NCBI GenBank assembly: GCA_965223325.1
Contig: CBDCWI010000001.1
Coordinates: forward strand, 1,632,001 to 1,696,000
Reading direction: 5' to 3'
Source: Candidatus Multivoradales bacterium
GTDB taxonomy: Bacteria > Acidobacteriota > Thermoanaerobaculia > Multivoradales > Multivoraceae
Length of the DNA: 64,000 nt
In this document: one piece after another, positions 21,854 to 30,678 of the stretch
Layout: each line of letters begins with the position of its first letter
Numbering within the stretch: position 1 is the stretch's first letter
The notes under the pieces: generated by a model
What the model was told of the DNA's origin: nothing
Databases searched by the model: none
What the model saw: the letters and a program-made list of their open reading frames with translations, nothing else
Translations under genes and position numbers: made by a program

Positions 21854-22375
21854 TCAGTCTTTTGGCGGTTCAGCCCGCAGCGGGCGTTGTAACCAGGCGA
21901 CGTCGTGCCAGCTACCGAACTTCCGCCCCACTGCCTTGAACGTGCCGATGGGCTCGAACCCCATTCGGCGATGAAAGGCAACGCTCGCCTCGTTGGGCAG
22001 GGTCACTCCAGCAAACGCGTTGCAGAAGCCTTTTCCGGCGAGTACCTCGAAGAGGTCTTCGTAAAGACGCGCTGCTATACCGCGCCGACGGTAGTCACTG
22101 TGAATGTAGACCGAGGTCTCCACCGACCATTGATACGCGGCGCGGGCCCGGTGCTCCGAGCCATAGGCATAACCAACACACTCGTCGCCATCGGTGGCGA
22201 CCAACCAGGCCCAGCCTTCGAGGCTCTTGGTGATGCGGCGGCGGAACTCTTCCACCGACGGTACGTCGTACTCGAACGAGGTCGTCGACTGCTCGATGTG
22301 GGGTCGATAGATCTCGAGCAGGCTGGCGGCGTCGCCTGGCCGCGCCGTGCGGACCTGGAAACCTGAAGCACTCAC
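21854..22375 (-). CDS. GNAT N-acetyltransferase, phosphinothricin acetyltransferase (Pat/YncA)-like
   Basis: TSFE, GYAY...R.RAAYQWSVETSVY, RRRGIA, PNEASVAFH, VGRKFGSWHDV. Confidence 0.9.
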   Translation of the reverse strand: MSASGFQVRTARPGDAASLLEIYRPHIEQSTTSFEYDVPSVEEFRRRITKSLEGWAWLVATDGDECVGYAYGSEHRARAAYQWSVETSVYIHSDYRRRGIAARLYEDLFEVLAGKGFCNAFAGVTLPNEASVAFHRRMGFEPIGTFKAVGRKFGSWHDVAWLQRPLRAEPPKD

Positions 22376-22388
22376 CGCTCGGGCCGGC

Positions 22389-22994
22389 TCAGCAGTTGCG
22401 GTAGCGATCGTTGAGGCCGGCGCCCGACTCGATCATTGGAACGATCTTAGCGATCCGCCGCTCTCGAGTCGCCTCACGCTTGGCTCCGGCAATGTACTCG
22501 GCGTACTCACGCTGCTGGCCGGGCCGGAGGGATTCGAAGGCACGCTTCGTTTTGGCCTTCTTGGCCAGGGCGGCGGTGAGCTCGGCTGGCATGGCGAGTG
22601 CCTTCTTGCGCGCCGGTCTTACTCCCTCTCCAAGCTCGGCCAACGCGTAGGCCTCCTTGACGTAGGCCTTGATCTTTCTCACTGGGATTGGATCGCCCTT
22701 CCGGAAACGCCATTGCCTGAGAGCCTTTGTTTTGCCTTCCTGGGCGTTGATCAGCACGCCGTCGGGATCACTGAGCAGTGCCCCCTGGTGAAACCAGAGG
22801 GCAGCCCACTCTTTGAAACCTCCCAGACCAACCACGTTCTTGCCCTGGTGCGTGTAGCACGGCCCGCCCCATTTGACAGTTTCCTCGAGACCGCTACTGG
22901 TCAGGATCTTGCGCAGTTTGCGCAGTTCTTCAGACCATTGCCCATGGTTGTCGATGTACTCCGCCACGCTCGCCACCTTCTTCATCGCCGCCAT
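22389..22994 (-). CDS. YdeI/OmpD-associated family protein (DUF1801 N-terminal domain)
   Basis: LEETVKWGGPCY, WFHQGALLSDP, KALRQWRF, AKREATRERRI. Confidence 0.9.
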   Translation of the reverse strand: MAAMKKVASVAEYIDNHGQWSEELRKLRKILTSSGLEETVKWGGPCYTHQGKNVVGLGGFKEWAALWFHQGALLSDPDGVLINAQEGKTKALRQWRFRKGDPIPVRKIKAYVKEAYALAELGEGVRPARKKALAMPAELTAALAKKAKTKRAFESLRPGQQREYAEYIAGAKREATRERRIAKIVPMIESGAGLNDRYRNC

Positions 22995-23005
22995 CGCTTC
23001 TCGCC

Positions 23006-24160
23006 TCACTCGGTTTGGGGCGCCGCCGCCGAGAGGAGCGCCCAGAATTCGTTTTGAAAGCCAGGTGCCGGTTGGTCGCCGAGACGGACCACGACCAGCT
23101 CCATGCTCGGGACGACAAAGAGCTTGCGACCGAGCGCTCCGAGAGCCGCAACCAGGTCGCCCGGCGCCTGTGGAATGAGCGGCCCGTCGATCTTTCTGCC
23201 CTGGCGGAGCAGGCTCTCCTGACCGTTCAGCCACCAGAGCAGCCCGAAGGCGGGATTGAGCTCTTGCGAAGGCGACAGCGACTCGCCCAGCCAGGTCGAC
23301 TCGCCCAACACATCGTGGCCGGCCCAGATTCCGTTCGCCAGGACCAGGAGCCCCAGCCGAGAAAGGTCGCGCGCTGTCGTGGTGAAACCGAGCGAGTTGG
23401 CGTCGACCGCCCTTGTGACCCACGGCCTCGGCTTCCAGCCGCTGTCGTCCATAGCGATGGTGTTGGTGAGCCAGCCCCTAGACAGAGCACCGATGTCTTG
23501 ACCCGTTGCCTTCTCGAGCACTGGCACCAACAAAGAGTAGCTGCTGGTGTTGTACTGCCAGCGCTCGCCAGCGGGAACCTCGAATGCGAGGTCGGTCCCC
23601 AGGCCGGTCGTCATCGACATCAGATGGCGAACTGTAATCGCAGCCTCCCGCTCGGGAGACGCCTTGGACCACCCCACTCCGAGGAACTTGTGAACTGGAT
23701 GGCCGAGGTCGATGAGGCCTTTGCCGCGCGCCATGCCAACCAGGAGTGATACCAGGCTCTTCTGCACCGAGGCGACGTCTTCTTTGGGTCGGCCGTCGAC
23801 CGTTCCAACGACCATGCGACGGTAGCGCGGACTGGTTTTGGCGGGCTCGAAGGTACGCTCCGCCAGAATGCGGCCCTGATAGAGGATCACGACGTCGCTC
23901 GAGGCGTTTTCGCCAGCCAGGTCCAGCGCGGCGTCGAGGCCCTCGGCACTCCACCCCACTGCCGCGGGCGCTACGGTCTCCCATTCGCCTTCGATGGGCG
24001 GAAAGTAGAGGTTCGGATCGGTTTCTGCCTGGGCTGCAAACGAGGAAGCCGGCAAGGGGAGGACCAGAGCCGCGAGGGTCAGGACAAGGCGCGCGATCGC
24101 ACCCCACGAAGACCGCAAGCTCCTCTTCGCCCTGTCAGGGTGGCGTTCGGTTGTCGTCAT
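23006..24160 (-). CDS. Secreted serine hydrolase (beta-lactamase class C-like)
   Basis: SxxK (ASVQKS), ITVRHLMSMTTGL, WQYN, ARDLSRLG, GLLWW; signal peptide. Confidence 0.9.
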   Translation of the reverse strand: MTTTERHPDRAKRSLRSSWGAIARLVLTLAALVLPLPASSFAAQAETDPNLYFPPIEGEWETVAPAAVGWSAEGLDAALDLAGENASSDVVILYQGRILAERTFEPAKTSPRYRRMVVGTVDGRPKEDVASVQKSLVSLLVGMARGKGLIDLGHPVHKFLGVGWSKASPEREAAITVRHLMSMTTGLGTDLAFEVPAGERWQYNTSSYSLLVPVLEKATGQDIGALSRGWLTNTIAMDDSGWKPRPWVTRAVDANSLGFTTTARDLSRLGLLVLANGIWAGHDVLGESTWLGESLSPSQELNPAFGLLWWLNGQESLLRQGRKIDGPLIPQAPGDLVAALGALGRKLFVVPSMELVVVRLGDQPAPGFQNEFWALLSAAAPQTE

Positions 24161-24289
24161 TGGCGAACCCTTTCAAAGAAGGCGAATCCATCATGCCACG
24201 CCGCGCCAATCACCGGCCGTGCCTCGACCTCCGGCGCTGGAGGTGGCGGTACAGTGCAAGGCTCCCCTGACCAAAAAGGAGGCTCGCTC

Positions 24290-25165
24290 ATGCCCTACGC
24301 CTACGATCTCATTCACACCCACCTCGAAGACGGAGTCCTGGTGGCGACCATCGACAACCCGCCGATGAACATCTTTACCGTCGAGCTCTGGCAAGAGATG
24401 GTCGCTTTGACGGAACAGGTCGCGATAGACGACCAGGTGCGGGTACTGGTCGTCGACAGTGCCGACCCCGACTTCTGGATCGCGCACTTCGACGCCCAGG
24501 CCCTGATCGACTGGCCGAAGCCTGCGGGTCCACCAGAGAGCGCTTCGGATGCAGCGAAGAAGGGAGCTGATGAACTCAACGACTTCCACAAGATGTGCGA
24601 GCGAGTGCGCACCATGCCGAAGGCGACGATCGCCAAGCTCGCTGGGCGCGCCGGCGGCGGCGGAGCCGAGTTCGCCGCCTCGTTCGACATGCGGTTCGGA
24701 GCGCTCGGGAAGACCGTCATCAATCAGATGGAAGTGGCGCTCGGGATTCTCCCGGGCGGCAGCGGTACCCAGCGTCTGCCCCGCCTGATCGGGCCGGGCC
24801 GTGCCCTTGAGCTCGTCCTCTCGAGCGACGACCTCGATGCGGAGACTGCAGAACGCTGGGGCTACCTCAACCGCGCCCTACCGGCGGCCGAACTCGACAC
24901 CTTCGTAGACCGCCTCGCACACAGAATCGCGCGCTTCCCCGCTCAGGCGATCGCCAACGCCAAGCGTTCAACCCTGAACGCGCTCGAGATGGATGTCACC
25001 GCCGGTCTGCACGAGGAGGCTCGTCTGTTCCAGCAGTTGTTGTCGAGGCCGGAGTCGCGTGACACCATGCGCGTTTTCATGGAGCGCGGCGGGCAGACTC
25101 GAGAAGGCGAATTGCGCATGGGCGAGCTCTGCGGTTCCATCCCTCAGGCGGCGGGCGATCTCTGA
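24290..25165 (+). CDS. Enoyl-CoA hydratase/isomerase family protein
   Basis: IDNPPMN, AGGGGAEF, EVALGILPGGSGTQRLPRLIG; AAGGAGG RBS. Confidence 0.9.
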   Translation: MPYAYDLIHTHLEDGVLVATIDNPPMNIFTVELWQEMVALTEQVAIDDQVRVLVVDSADPDFWIAHFDAQALIDWPKPAGPPESASDAAKKGADELNDFHKMCERVRTMPKATIAKLAGRAGGGGAEFAASFDMRFGALGKTVINQMEVALGILPGGSGTQRLPRLIGPGRALELVLSSDDLDAETAERWGYLNRALPAAELDTFVDRLAHRIARFPAQAIANAKRSTLNALEMDVTAGLHEEARLFQQLLSRPESRDTMRVFMERGGQTREGELRMGELCGSIPQAAGDL

Positions 25166-25178
25166 AGAGCGCCGGCCC

Positions 25179-25526
25179 TCACGTTTCGAGTACCTCGGCA
25201 AACGCCAGGCAGTAGCCGTTCGGATCTCTGATCCCGAACTCGCGCGTGCCGTAGCTCATCTCCTGAAGCGGCCATTCAACCGTCACCTGCTCGCGCAGGC
25301 TCTCCCAGAGTTCCACGACGTCCTCGGGATAGAAGTAGAAGGTGCCGGAGAATCCCGGCGTGGCGCCCAGGTTGGCGCCGGTCGAGAGCATCACCGCTGC
25401 GTCGCCATGTTCGAGAGAAGCCGTATCACCCTCTTGCCAGCACAGCCGGAAGCCCAGGAGGTCGCGGTAAAAGCCCAGCGACTCGTCGAGGTCGAGAACG
25501 CGCATGAGAGGGACGACTTCCTTCAT
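25179..25526 (-). CDS. VOC/glyoxalase-bleomycin resistance family protein
   Basis: P.MRV.DLDESL.FYRDLLGF, MSYGTREFGIRDPNGY.L.F. Confidence 0.88.
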   Translation of the reverse strand: MKEVVPLMRVLDLDESLGFYRDLLGFRLCWQEGDTASLEHGDAAVMLSTGANLGATPGFSGTFYFYPEDVVELWESLREQVTVEWPLQEMSYGTREFGIRDPNGYCLAFAEVLET

Positions 25527-25540
25527 CGCAGCCTGAGCCC

Positions 25541-26203
25541 CTACGGCTTGCGCCCCACATAGATCGCATAGCGCTGCCCGCGGTTGCGGTGCTCGCGCGC
25601 CGTCACGCAACGGGTATCGAACCCGGCCGTCATCATGGTCTTGACGAACGAACGCTGGATGTCAGCCGCCCAGACCAGGAGGGTGCCACCGGGAGCGAGA
25701 CCGTCGTGGAGGCGCGCTAGACCACGATCGCTGTAGAGACGGTTGTTGTGCTCGAGACAAAACGCCTCGGGACCGTTGTCCGTATCGAGCAAGATGGCAT
25801 CCCAGGGCCCTTTGGGTATCTCGTCCCAGACGTCCCTGACCCTGATCTCGAGCCGCCGATCTTTCTCGCTTCCAGCCGAGAGGTGCGCCAGGTAGGTGTA
25901 GTTCCACCGGACGACACGGGGAAACAGCTCGGCGACTACCAGACGGCTCTTCGCCGGTAGACCAGCGAGGGCCGCGCGCAAAGTGAACCCCAGGCCGAGG
26001 CCGCCGATCAACATCGCGGGCCGCGTGACACCACGCACCGCCTCACAGCCCATCTCGGCAAGTGCGATCTCCGACCCGGTGCGCCGGGTCGACATGAGCT
26101 CCTGCCGGTCGAGGTCAATGAAGAAGTCGGTTCCCCGTTGGACCAGTGCGAGCTCATGGCCCTCGGGAGTCGTGAAGCTGTCGAGGACGGTACGCGGCTG
26201 CAC
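25541..26203 (-). CDS. Spermidine-synthase-like SAM-dependent methyltransferase
   Basis: ELMS, SEIALA, LIGGLGLGFTL, VAEL, DAILLDTDNGP; GTG start inferred. Confidence 0.8.
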   Translation of the reverse strand: MQPRTVLDSFTTPEGHELALVQRGTDFFIDLDRQELMSTRRTGSEIALAEMGCEAVRGVTRPAMLIGGLGLGFTLRAALAGLPAKSRLVVAELFPRVVRWNYTYLAHLSAGSEKDRRLEIRVRDVWDEIPKGPWDAILLDTDNGPEAFCLEHNNRLYSDRGLARLHDGLAPGGTLLVWAADIQRSFVKTMMTAGFDTRCVTAREHRNRGQRYAIYVGRKP

Positions 26204-26213
26204 TCGGGTGCGC

Positions 26214-27533
26214 TCAAGGGCCTTCGAACCTGCGACCCTCTGACATGCCAGTCGAGTGGGTGTCGCCGGTCGCGGCGTAGCGGCGCAACTCGTTGCGCGC
26301 CACGACATGGTGGTGAACCTCGTCCGGCCCGTCGGCAAGCCGCAGGGTGCGCTGGCTCTTGTACATGGCGGCCAGCGGCGTCCACTGCGACACGCCGGTC
26401 GCGCCGTGGATCTGAATCGCCTCGTCGATGATCTGGCAGACACGCTCGGGAACCAGCGCCTTGATCCCACTGACCCAGACCCGCGCCTCGGAGTTGCCGA
26501 GCAGGTCCATCGCCTTGGCAGCGCGCAGCACCATCAGGCGCATGCTTTCGATCTCGAGGCGCATGCGCGACAGCGTCTCCATGTTCTTGCCCAGCGCCAT
26601 GATCTGCTTGCCGAAGGCTTCGCGCGAGGTGCCGCGTTTGATGAACAGGTCGAGCGCCTTCTCGGCCGAGCCGATCGAGCGCATGCAGTGATGGATGCGA
26701 CCCGGGCCGAGACGAAGCTGCGAGATCTCGAAGCCCCGGCCTTCACCGAGCAGGATGTTCTCCTTCGGCACGCGCGCATTGTCGAACTTGATGTGCATGT
26801 GCCCGTGCGGCGCGTCGTCGTCACCGAAGACGTGCATGCCGCCCAGGATCTCGACGCCGGGAGTGTCGATCGGCACCAGGATCTGCGACTGCTGCTGGTG
26901 CGCCGGAGCCTCGGGGTTGGTGCGCACCATGGTGATCATGATCTTGCAGCGTGGGTCGCCGGCACCTGAGATGTAGTACTTCTCGCCGTTGATCACCCAC
27001 TCGTCACCGTCGAGCCGCGCTTCGGTACAGATGTTGCGCGCATCGGAAGAGGCAACATGCGGCTCAGTCATCGCGAAAGCCGAACGGATCTCGCCGTTGA
27101 GAAGCGGCTCGAGCCACTGCTTCTTCTGCTCGGGCGTGCCGACACGCTCGAGCACCTCCATGTTGCCCGTGTCGGGCGCCGAGCAGTTCAAGCACTGTGA
27201 GGCGAGTGGGTTCTTGCCAAGCTCCTGTGCAATGTAGGCGTAGTCGAGGTTGGAGAGACCTTCACCGGTTTCGGCGTCGGGCAAGAAGAAGTTCCACAGA
27301 CCCTGCTTGCGCGCCTTGGCCTTGGCACCATCGAGCAACTCGAGCTGCCCCGGCGCCCAGCTCCATCGATCTGCGCGCCCCTCGCCGAGGCGATAGAACT
27401 CCTCGGTAATCGGGTCGACCTCCATGCGGATGAAGTCCTTGACCTTGGCAAGCAGAGGCCGCGCCTCCTGCGACATACGGAGGTCGAAGAGATCGTGGCT
27501 GGGATCACTGGGATTCATGGTGCGGTCGGACAT
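26214..27533 (-). CDS. Acyl-CoA dehydrogenase (ACAD10/11-like, FadE2 type)
   Basis: GLWNFFLP, NCSAPDTGNMEVL, FAMTEP.VASSDA, RLGPGRIHHCMR, RLADGPDEVH. Confidence 0.94.
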   Translation of the reverse strand: MSDRTMNPSDPSHDLFDLRMSQEARPLLAKVKDFIRMEVDPITEEFYRLGEGRADRWSWAPGQLELLDGAKAKARKQGLWNFFLPDAETGEGLSNLDYAYIAQELGKNPLASQCLNCSAPDTGNMEVLERVGTPEQKKQWLEPLLNGEIRSAFAMTEPHVASSDARNICTEARLDGDEWVINGEKYYISGAGDPRCKIMITMVRTNPEAPAHQQQSQILVPIDTPGVEILGGMHVFGDDDAPHGHMHIKFDNARVPKENILLGEGRGFEISQLRLGPGRIHHCMRSIGSAEKALDLFIKRGTSREAFGKQIMALGKNMETLSRMRLEIESMRLMVLRAAKAMDLLGNSEARVWVSGIKALVPERVCQIIDEAIQIHGATGVSQWTPLAAMYKSQRTLRLADGPDEVHHHVVARNELRRYAATGDTHSTGMSEGRRFEGP

Positions 27534-27808
27534 GGCTGTCTCCTCGCCTCGTCTTGGAGGCCGGTTTCTCTCTGGCTGCTGAGCGATGGCTCGCTTACCC
27601 TCTGCGATCGTCCGACAGAGGTGAGAAAGCTTTGGGGAAGACCACAAAGTAGCACGCCGAACGGCCGGCACAGACGGCCATGACGGGTATCCGCAGGGGT
27701 CGGCCGGCCTGGGCTTGCCCGAGGCTGTCGAACGGCGCGGGTCATGGCCGGGCGCCCCGACCACCTCCCCTGGTCGATCCTCGAGGCGTGTGACAACGTA
27801 ACCAGACC

Positions 27809-30649
27809 ATGCAGTGTCCTCGGTGTGCCAAAGAGACTCCGGAAGGGAGCATCGTCTGCCCGTTCTGCGCATCGCCGCTCGGCGACGAGGACACGCCCAC
27901 TCCGGCTTCGGGCGAGGCGGCGACGCCCCTCAAGGCGACGAGTGCTGGCTCGGCGCTCGAGGATGCGCCTACGCTGATAGACGACGATCCCGGGAAATCG
28001 CCGGTTCGGGAGCCGGAGCCGCGCTCTACAAGCAGAACGCCGGCCGAAGCCGCCAGGTCGCTCCCCGACTCGAACCCGCATGGTCGCTTTCTCCCCGGCA
28101 CCATGGTTGCGGAACGCTATCGGATCGTCGGCCTGCTCGGCCGCGGCGGCATGGGTGAGGTCTACCGCGCTGACGATCTGAAGCTGGGCCAGCAGGTGGC
28201 GCTCAAGTTCCTGTCGCGCAAGATCGCGGCCGATCCCGCTCAGGTCGAGCTGCTCTTCGACGAGGTGCGAATGGCCCGCAAGGTCTCGCACCCGAACGTG
28301 TGCCGGGTCTGGGATGTCGGCGAGACCGACGGGCACCACTACGTCTCGATGGAGTACGTCGACGGTGAGGACCTGGCTTCGCTCCTGCGCCGCATTGGCC
28401 GCTTACCCGAAGACAAGGCAAGCGAGATCTCGCGCCAACTGTGCGCAGCCCTTGCCGCGGCGCACGACGAAGGAGTGCTCCATCGCGATCTGAAGCCAGC
28501 CAACATCATGCTCGACGGCCGCGGAAGGGTGAAGCTCACCGATTTCGGCCTCGCTGGGGTCGCCGAGGTTCGGGCTGGTACACCGATGTACATGGCACCG
28601 GAACAGATCGCGGGCGAGGGAGTCTCGGTCAAGAGCGACCTCTACTCACTTGGTCTCGTTCTGTACGAGCTCTTCACGGGAAAGAAGGTGTTCGAAGCCG
28701 CCAGTTTCGAGGAGCTGGCGCAAAAGCAGGCGAGCGACATCACGACCTCGCTCACCAATACGGGTCGCCTTGATCCAGCGATCGAGCGGCTCTTCCATCG
28801 CTGTCTCGAGAGGGATCCCGCCAAGCGCCCCGCTTCGGCTCTCGCGGTCGCTGCGGCCTTGCCAGGCGCCGATCCGCTGGCGGCTGCGTTGGCCGCCGGG
28901 GAAACGCCGTCTCCCGAGATGGTGGCCGAAGCCGGCGGCGAAGGGACCCTACCGCTCCGGATTGCGGTGCCGCTTCTCCTTCTGGCGATTCTGGGTGCCA
29001 TCGCCGTCGGGGTCCTGCAAGCCAACCGCAGTCTCATCAGCTGGGTGCCGTTTGACGCCTCGCCAACCGCTCTCGACATCCGCGCGGAGCAGATCCTCAG
29101 CGAGCTCGAGTACTCGACCGAACACCGCGATGTCGCCTCGTCGTTCACGACCGATCTCGCCTACATCCATTGGCTGCGCTCAGAAGACGCGCCCCCTGAG
29201 CGCTGGGAGACGGTCGCTCTCGGCCGACCGGCGTCGGTCGTGTTCTGGTGGCGGAGTTCGCCTGAGGTTCTCGTCCCCTTTGCCGGCGCCACCTCGGCCG
29301 GGCAGCCAGTCTCCTTGACCAACCCTCCGCTGACCACCCCCGGCATGATCGGAATGCAACTCGACACTCTGGGGAACCTGCTCTGGCTCGAGGTCGTACC
29401 CGAACGAGTCGCCGAGATCACCGCCGCCGATGCCACAGGCCAGGATGATGCCGTCGATTGGAGCGGCTTCTTCGATCTCATGGGTCTCGACATCGAAGCC
29501 TTCGTTCCGGTCGCGCCGCGCCTTTACCCCGATCACTTCGTCGACGCACGAGCCGCCTGGGAAGGAGCGCACCCTGGCGATCCAGAGGTCGCCCTCCGCA
29601 TCGAGGCAGCTTCCCTGGCGGGTCGACCCACCTCGCTGCGGATGTTCACCCCCTACAACCCATTCGAAAAGCCAACTACGGCAGCGGCCAACTCAGGGCT
29701 CAGCTTCGCAGCCGGGCTGGCGATCGCCGTTCTCCTCATCATCATCCTGTCGGCACTCACGGCGATCTTCGGGGGCCTCTATGTTGCGCAGCGCAATTGG
29801 CGAGCCGGCCGGGGTGATGTACGCGGTGCGCGACGGTTGGGGTTCGCGATGGCGAGTGCGTTGGCGGCGAGCTGGCTGTTCGGCAGCCACACCTACTCGC
29901 TGGCCGACATCAACGACTTCATCAAGATGCTGATGCTGGTCTGCGCCATGGCTGGGATCACCTGGGCTTTGTACCTCGCGGTCGAGCCGTTCATGCGCCG
30001 CCACGCACCCGAAGCGCTGATCGGCTGGACCCGCTTCCTCGACGGCCGCTTCGCCGACTCGTTGGTCGGGCGCGACCTCCTGATCGGATGTGCGACCGGG
30101 GCCCTGAGCCGGCTGCTCACCCTCGTGCCCATGGCAGCAGCCGAACGCAGCACGACGGCGGGTGCCTACATCGGCCTACCGCACGCTTCGGTTCTCGAGT
30201 TGGCGGAGCGAATGATCAACGACGTGGGATCGAGCCTCCTCCTCGCCCTGGGCCTCCTGTTTCTCTACAGCATCACCTTTCTCGCCCTCGGTCGCCGGCC
30301 CTGGGCGGCACTGCTGGTCTGGTTGGTGATCTTCGGCGCCCTCGGATTCCTGCCTGGCATCCGGGTGAACGGCGTGAGCATCGCCACCACTCCTCTCACC
30401 TCGGTTTTCTGGACCATCAACTGGGCCCTGTGGCTGTACGTTTTGTTTCGACGCGGCATCCTCGCCTTCCTGGTGATGGCAACCACCAGCTGGCTGCTCG
30501 CCGAAAGCCTCCCGACCCTCGACTTCTCTTCCTGGTACGGATCATCGATGACCGCCGGCTTGACGCTCTTCCTCGCCCTCACCGCCTACGCGTTCTATCG
30601 CTGCGTGGCCCTCCGCGGCGGACTCGCCGATGCGCTGGTGGGAGAGTGA
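27809..30649 (+). CDS. Hanks-type Ser/Thr protein kinase with N-terminal zinc ribbon, extracytoplasmic domain and multi-TM C-terminus
   Basis: CPRC...CPFC, GRGGMG, VALK, HRDLKPAN, DFG, GTPMYMAPE; many C-terminal hydrophobic helices. Confidence 0.92.
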   Translation: MQCPRCAKETPEGSIVCPFCASPLGDEDTPTPASGEAATPLKATSAGSALEDAPTLIDDDPGKSPVREPEPRSTSRTPAEAARSLPDSNPHGRFLPGTMVAERYRIVGLLGRGGMGEVYRADDLKLGQQVALKFLSRKIAADPAQVELLFDEVRMARKVSHPNVCRVWDVGETDGHHYVSMEYVDGEDLASLLRRIGRLPEDKASEISRQLCAALAAAHDEGVLHRDLKPANIMLDGRGRVKLTDFGLAGVAEVRAGTPMYMAPEQIAGEGVSVKSDLYSLGLVLYELFTGKKVFEAASFEELAQKQASDITTSLTNTGRLDPAIERLFHRCLERDPAKRPASALAVAAALPGADPLAAALAAGETPSPEMVAEAGGEGTLPLRIAVPLLLLAILGAIAVGVLQANRSLISWVPFDASPTALDIRAEQILSELEYSTEHRDVASSFTTDLAYIHWLRSEDAPPERWETVALGRPASVVFWWRSSPEVLVPFAGATSAGQPVSLTNPPLTTPGMIGMQLDTLGNLLWLEVVPERVAEITAADATGQDDAVDWSGFFDLMGLDIEAFVPVAPRLYPDHFVDARAAWEGAHPGDPEVALRIEAASLAGRPTSLRMFTPYNPFEKPTTAAANSGLSFAAGLAIAVLLIIILSALTAIFGGLYVAQRNWRAGRGDVRGARRLGFAMASALAASWLFGSHTYSLADINDFIKMLMLVCAMAGITWALYLAVEPFMRRHAPEALIGWTRFLDGRFADSLVGRDLLIGCATGALSRLLTLVPMAAAERSTTAGAYIGLPHASVLELAERMINDVGSSLLLALGLLFLYSITFLALGRRPWAALLVWLVIFGALGFLPGIRVNGVSIATTPLTSVFWTINWALWLYVLFRRGILAFLVMATTSWLLAESLPTLDFSSWYGSSMTAGLTLFLALTAYAFYRCVALRGGLADALVGE

Positions 30650-30678
30650 CCCAGGCTGATCGCACCTTTAGGCCCGCC

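Noticed and set aside
27789-27804. CRP/FNR-like site TGTGA-N6-AACCA before the kinase
   Set aside because: Second half-site too degenerate to support
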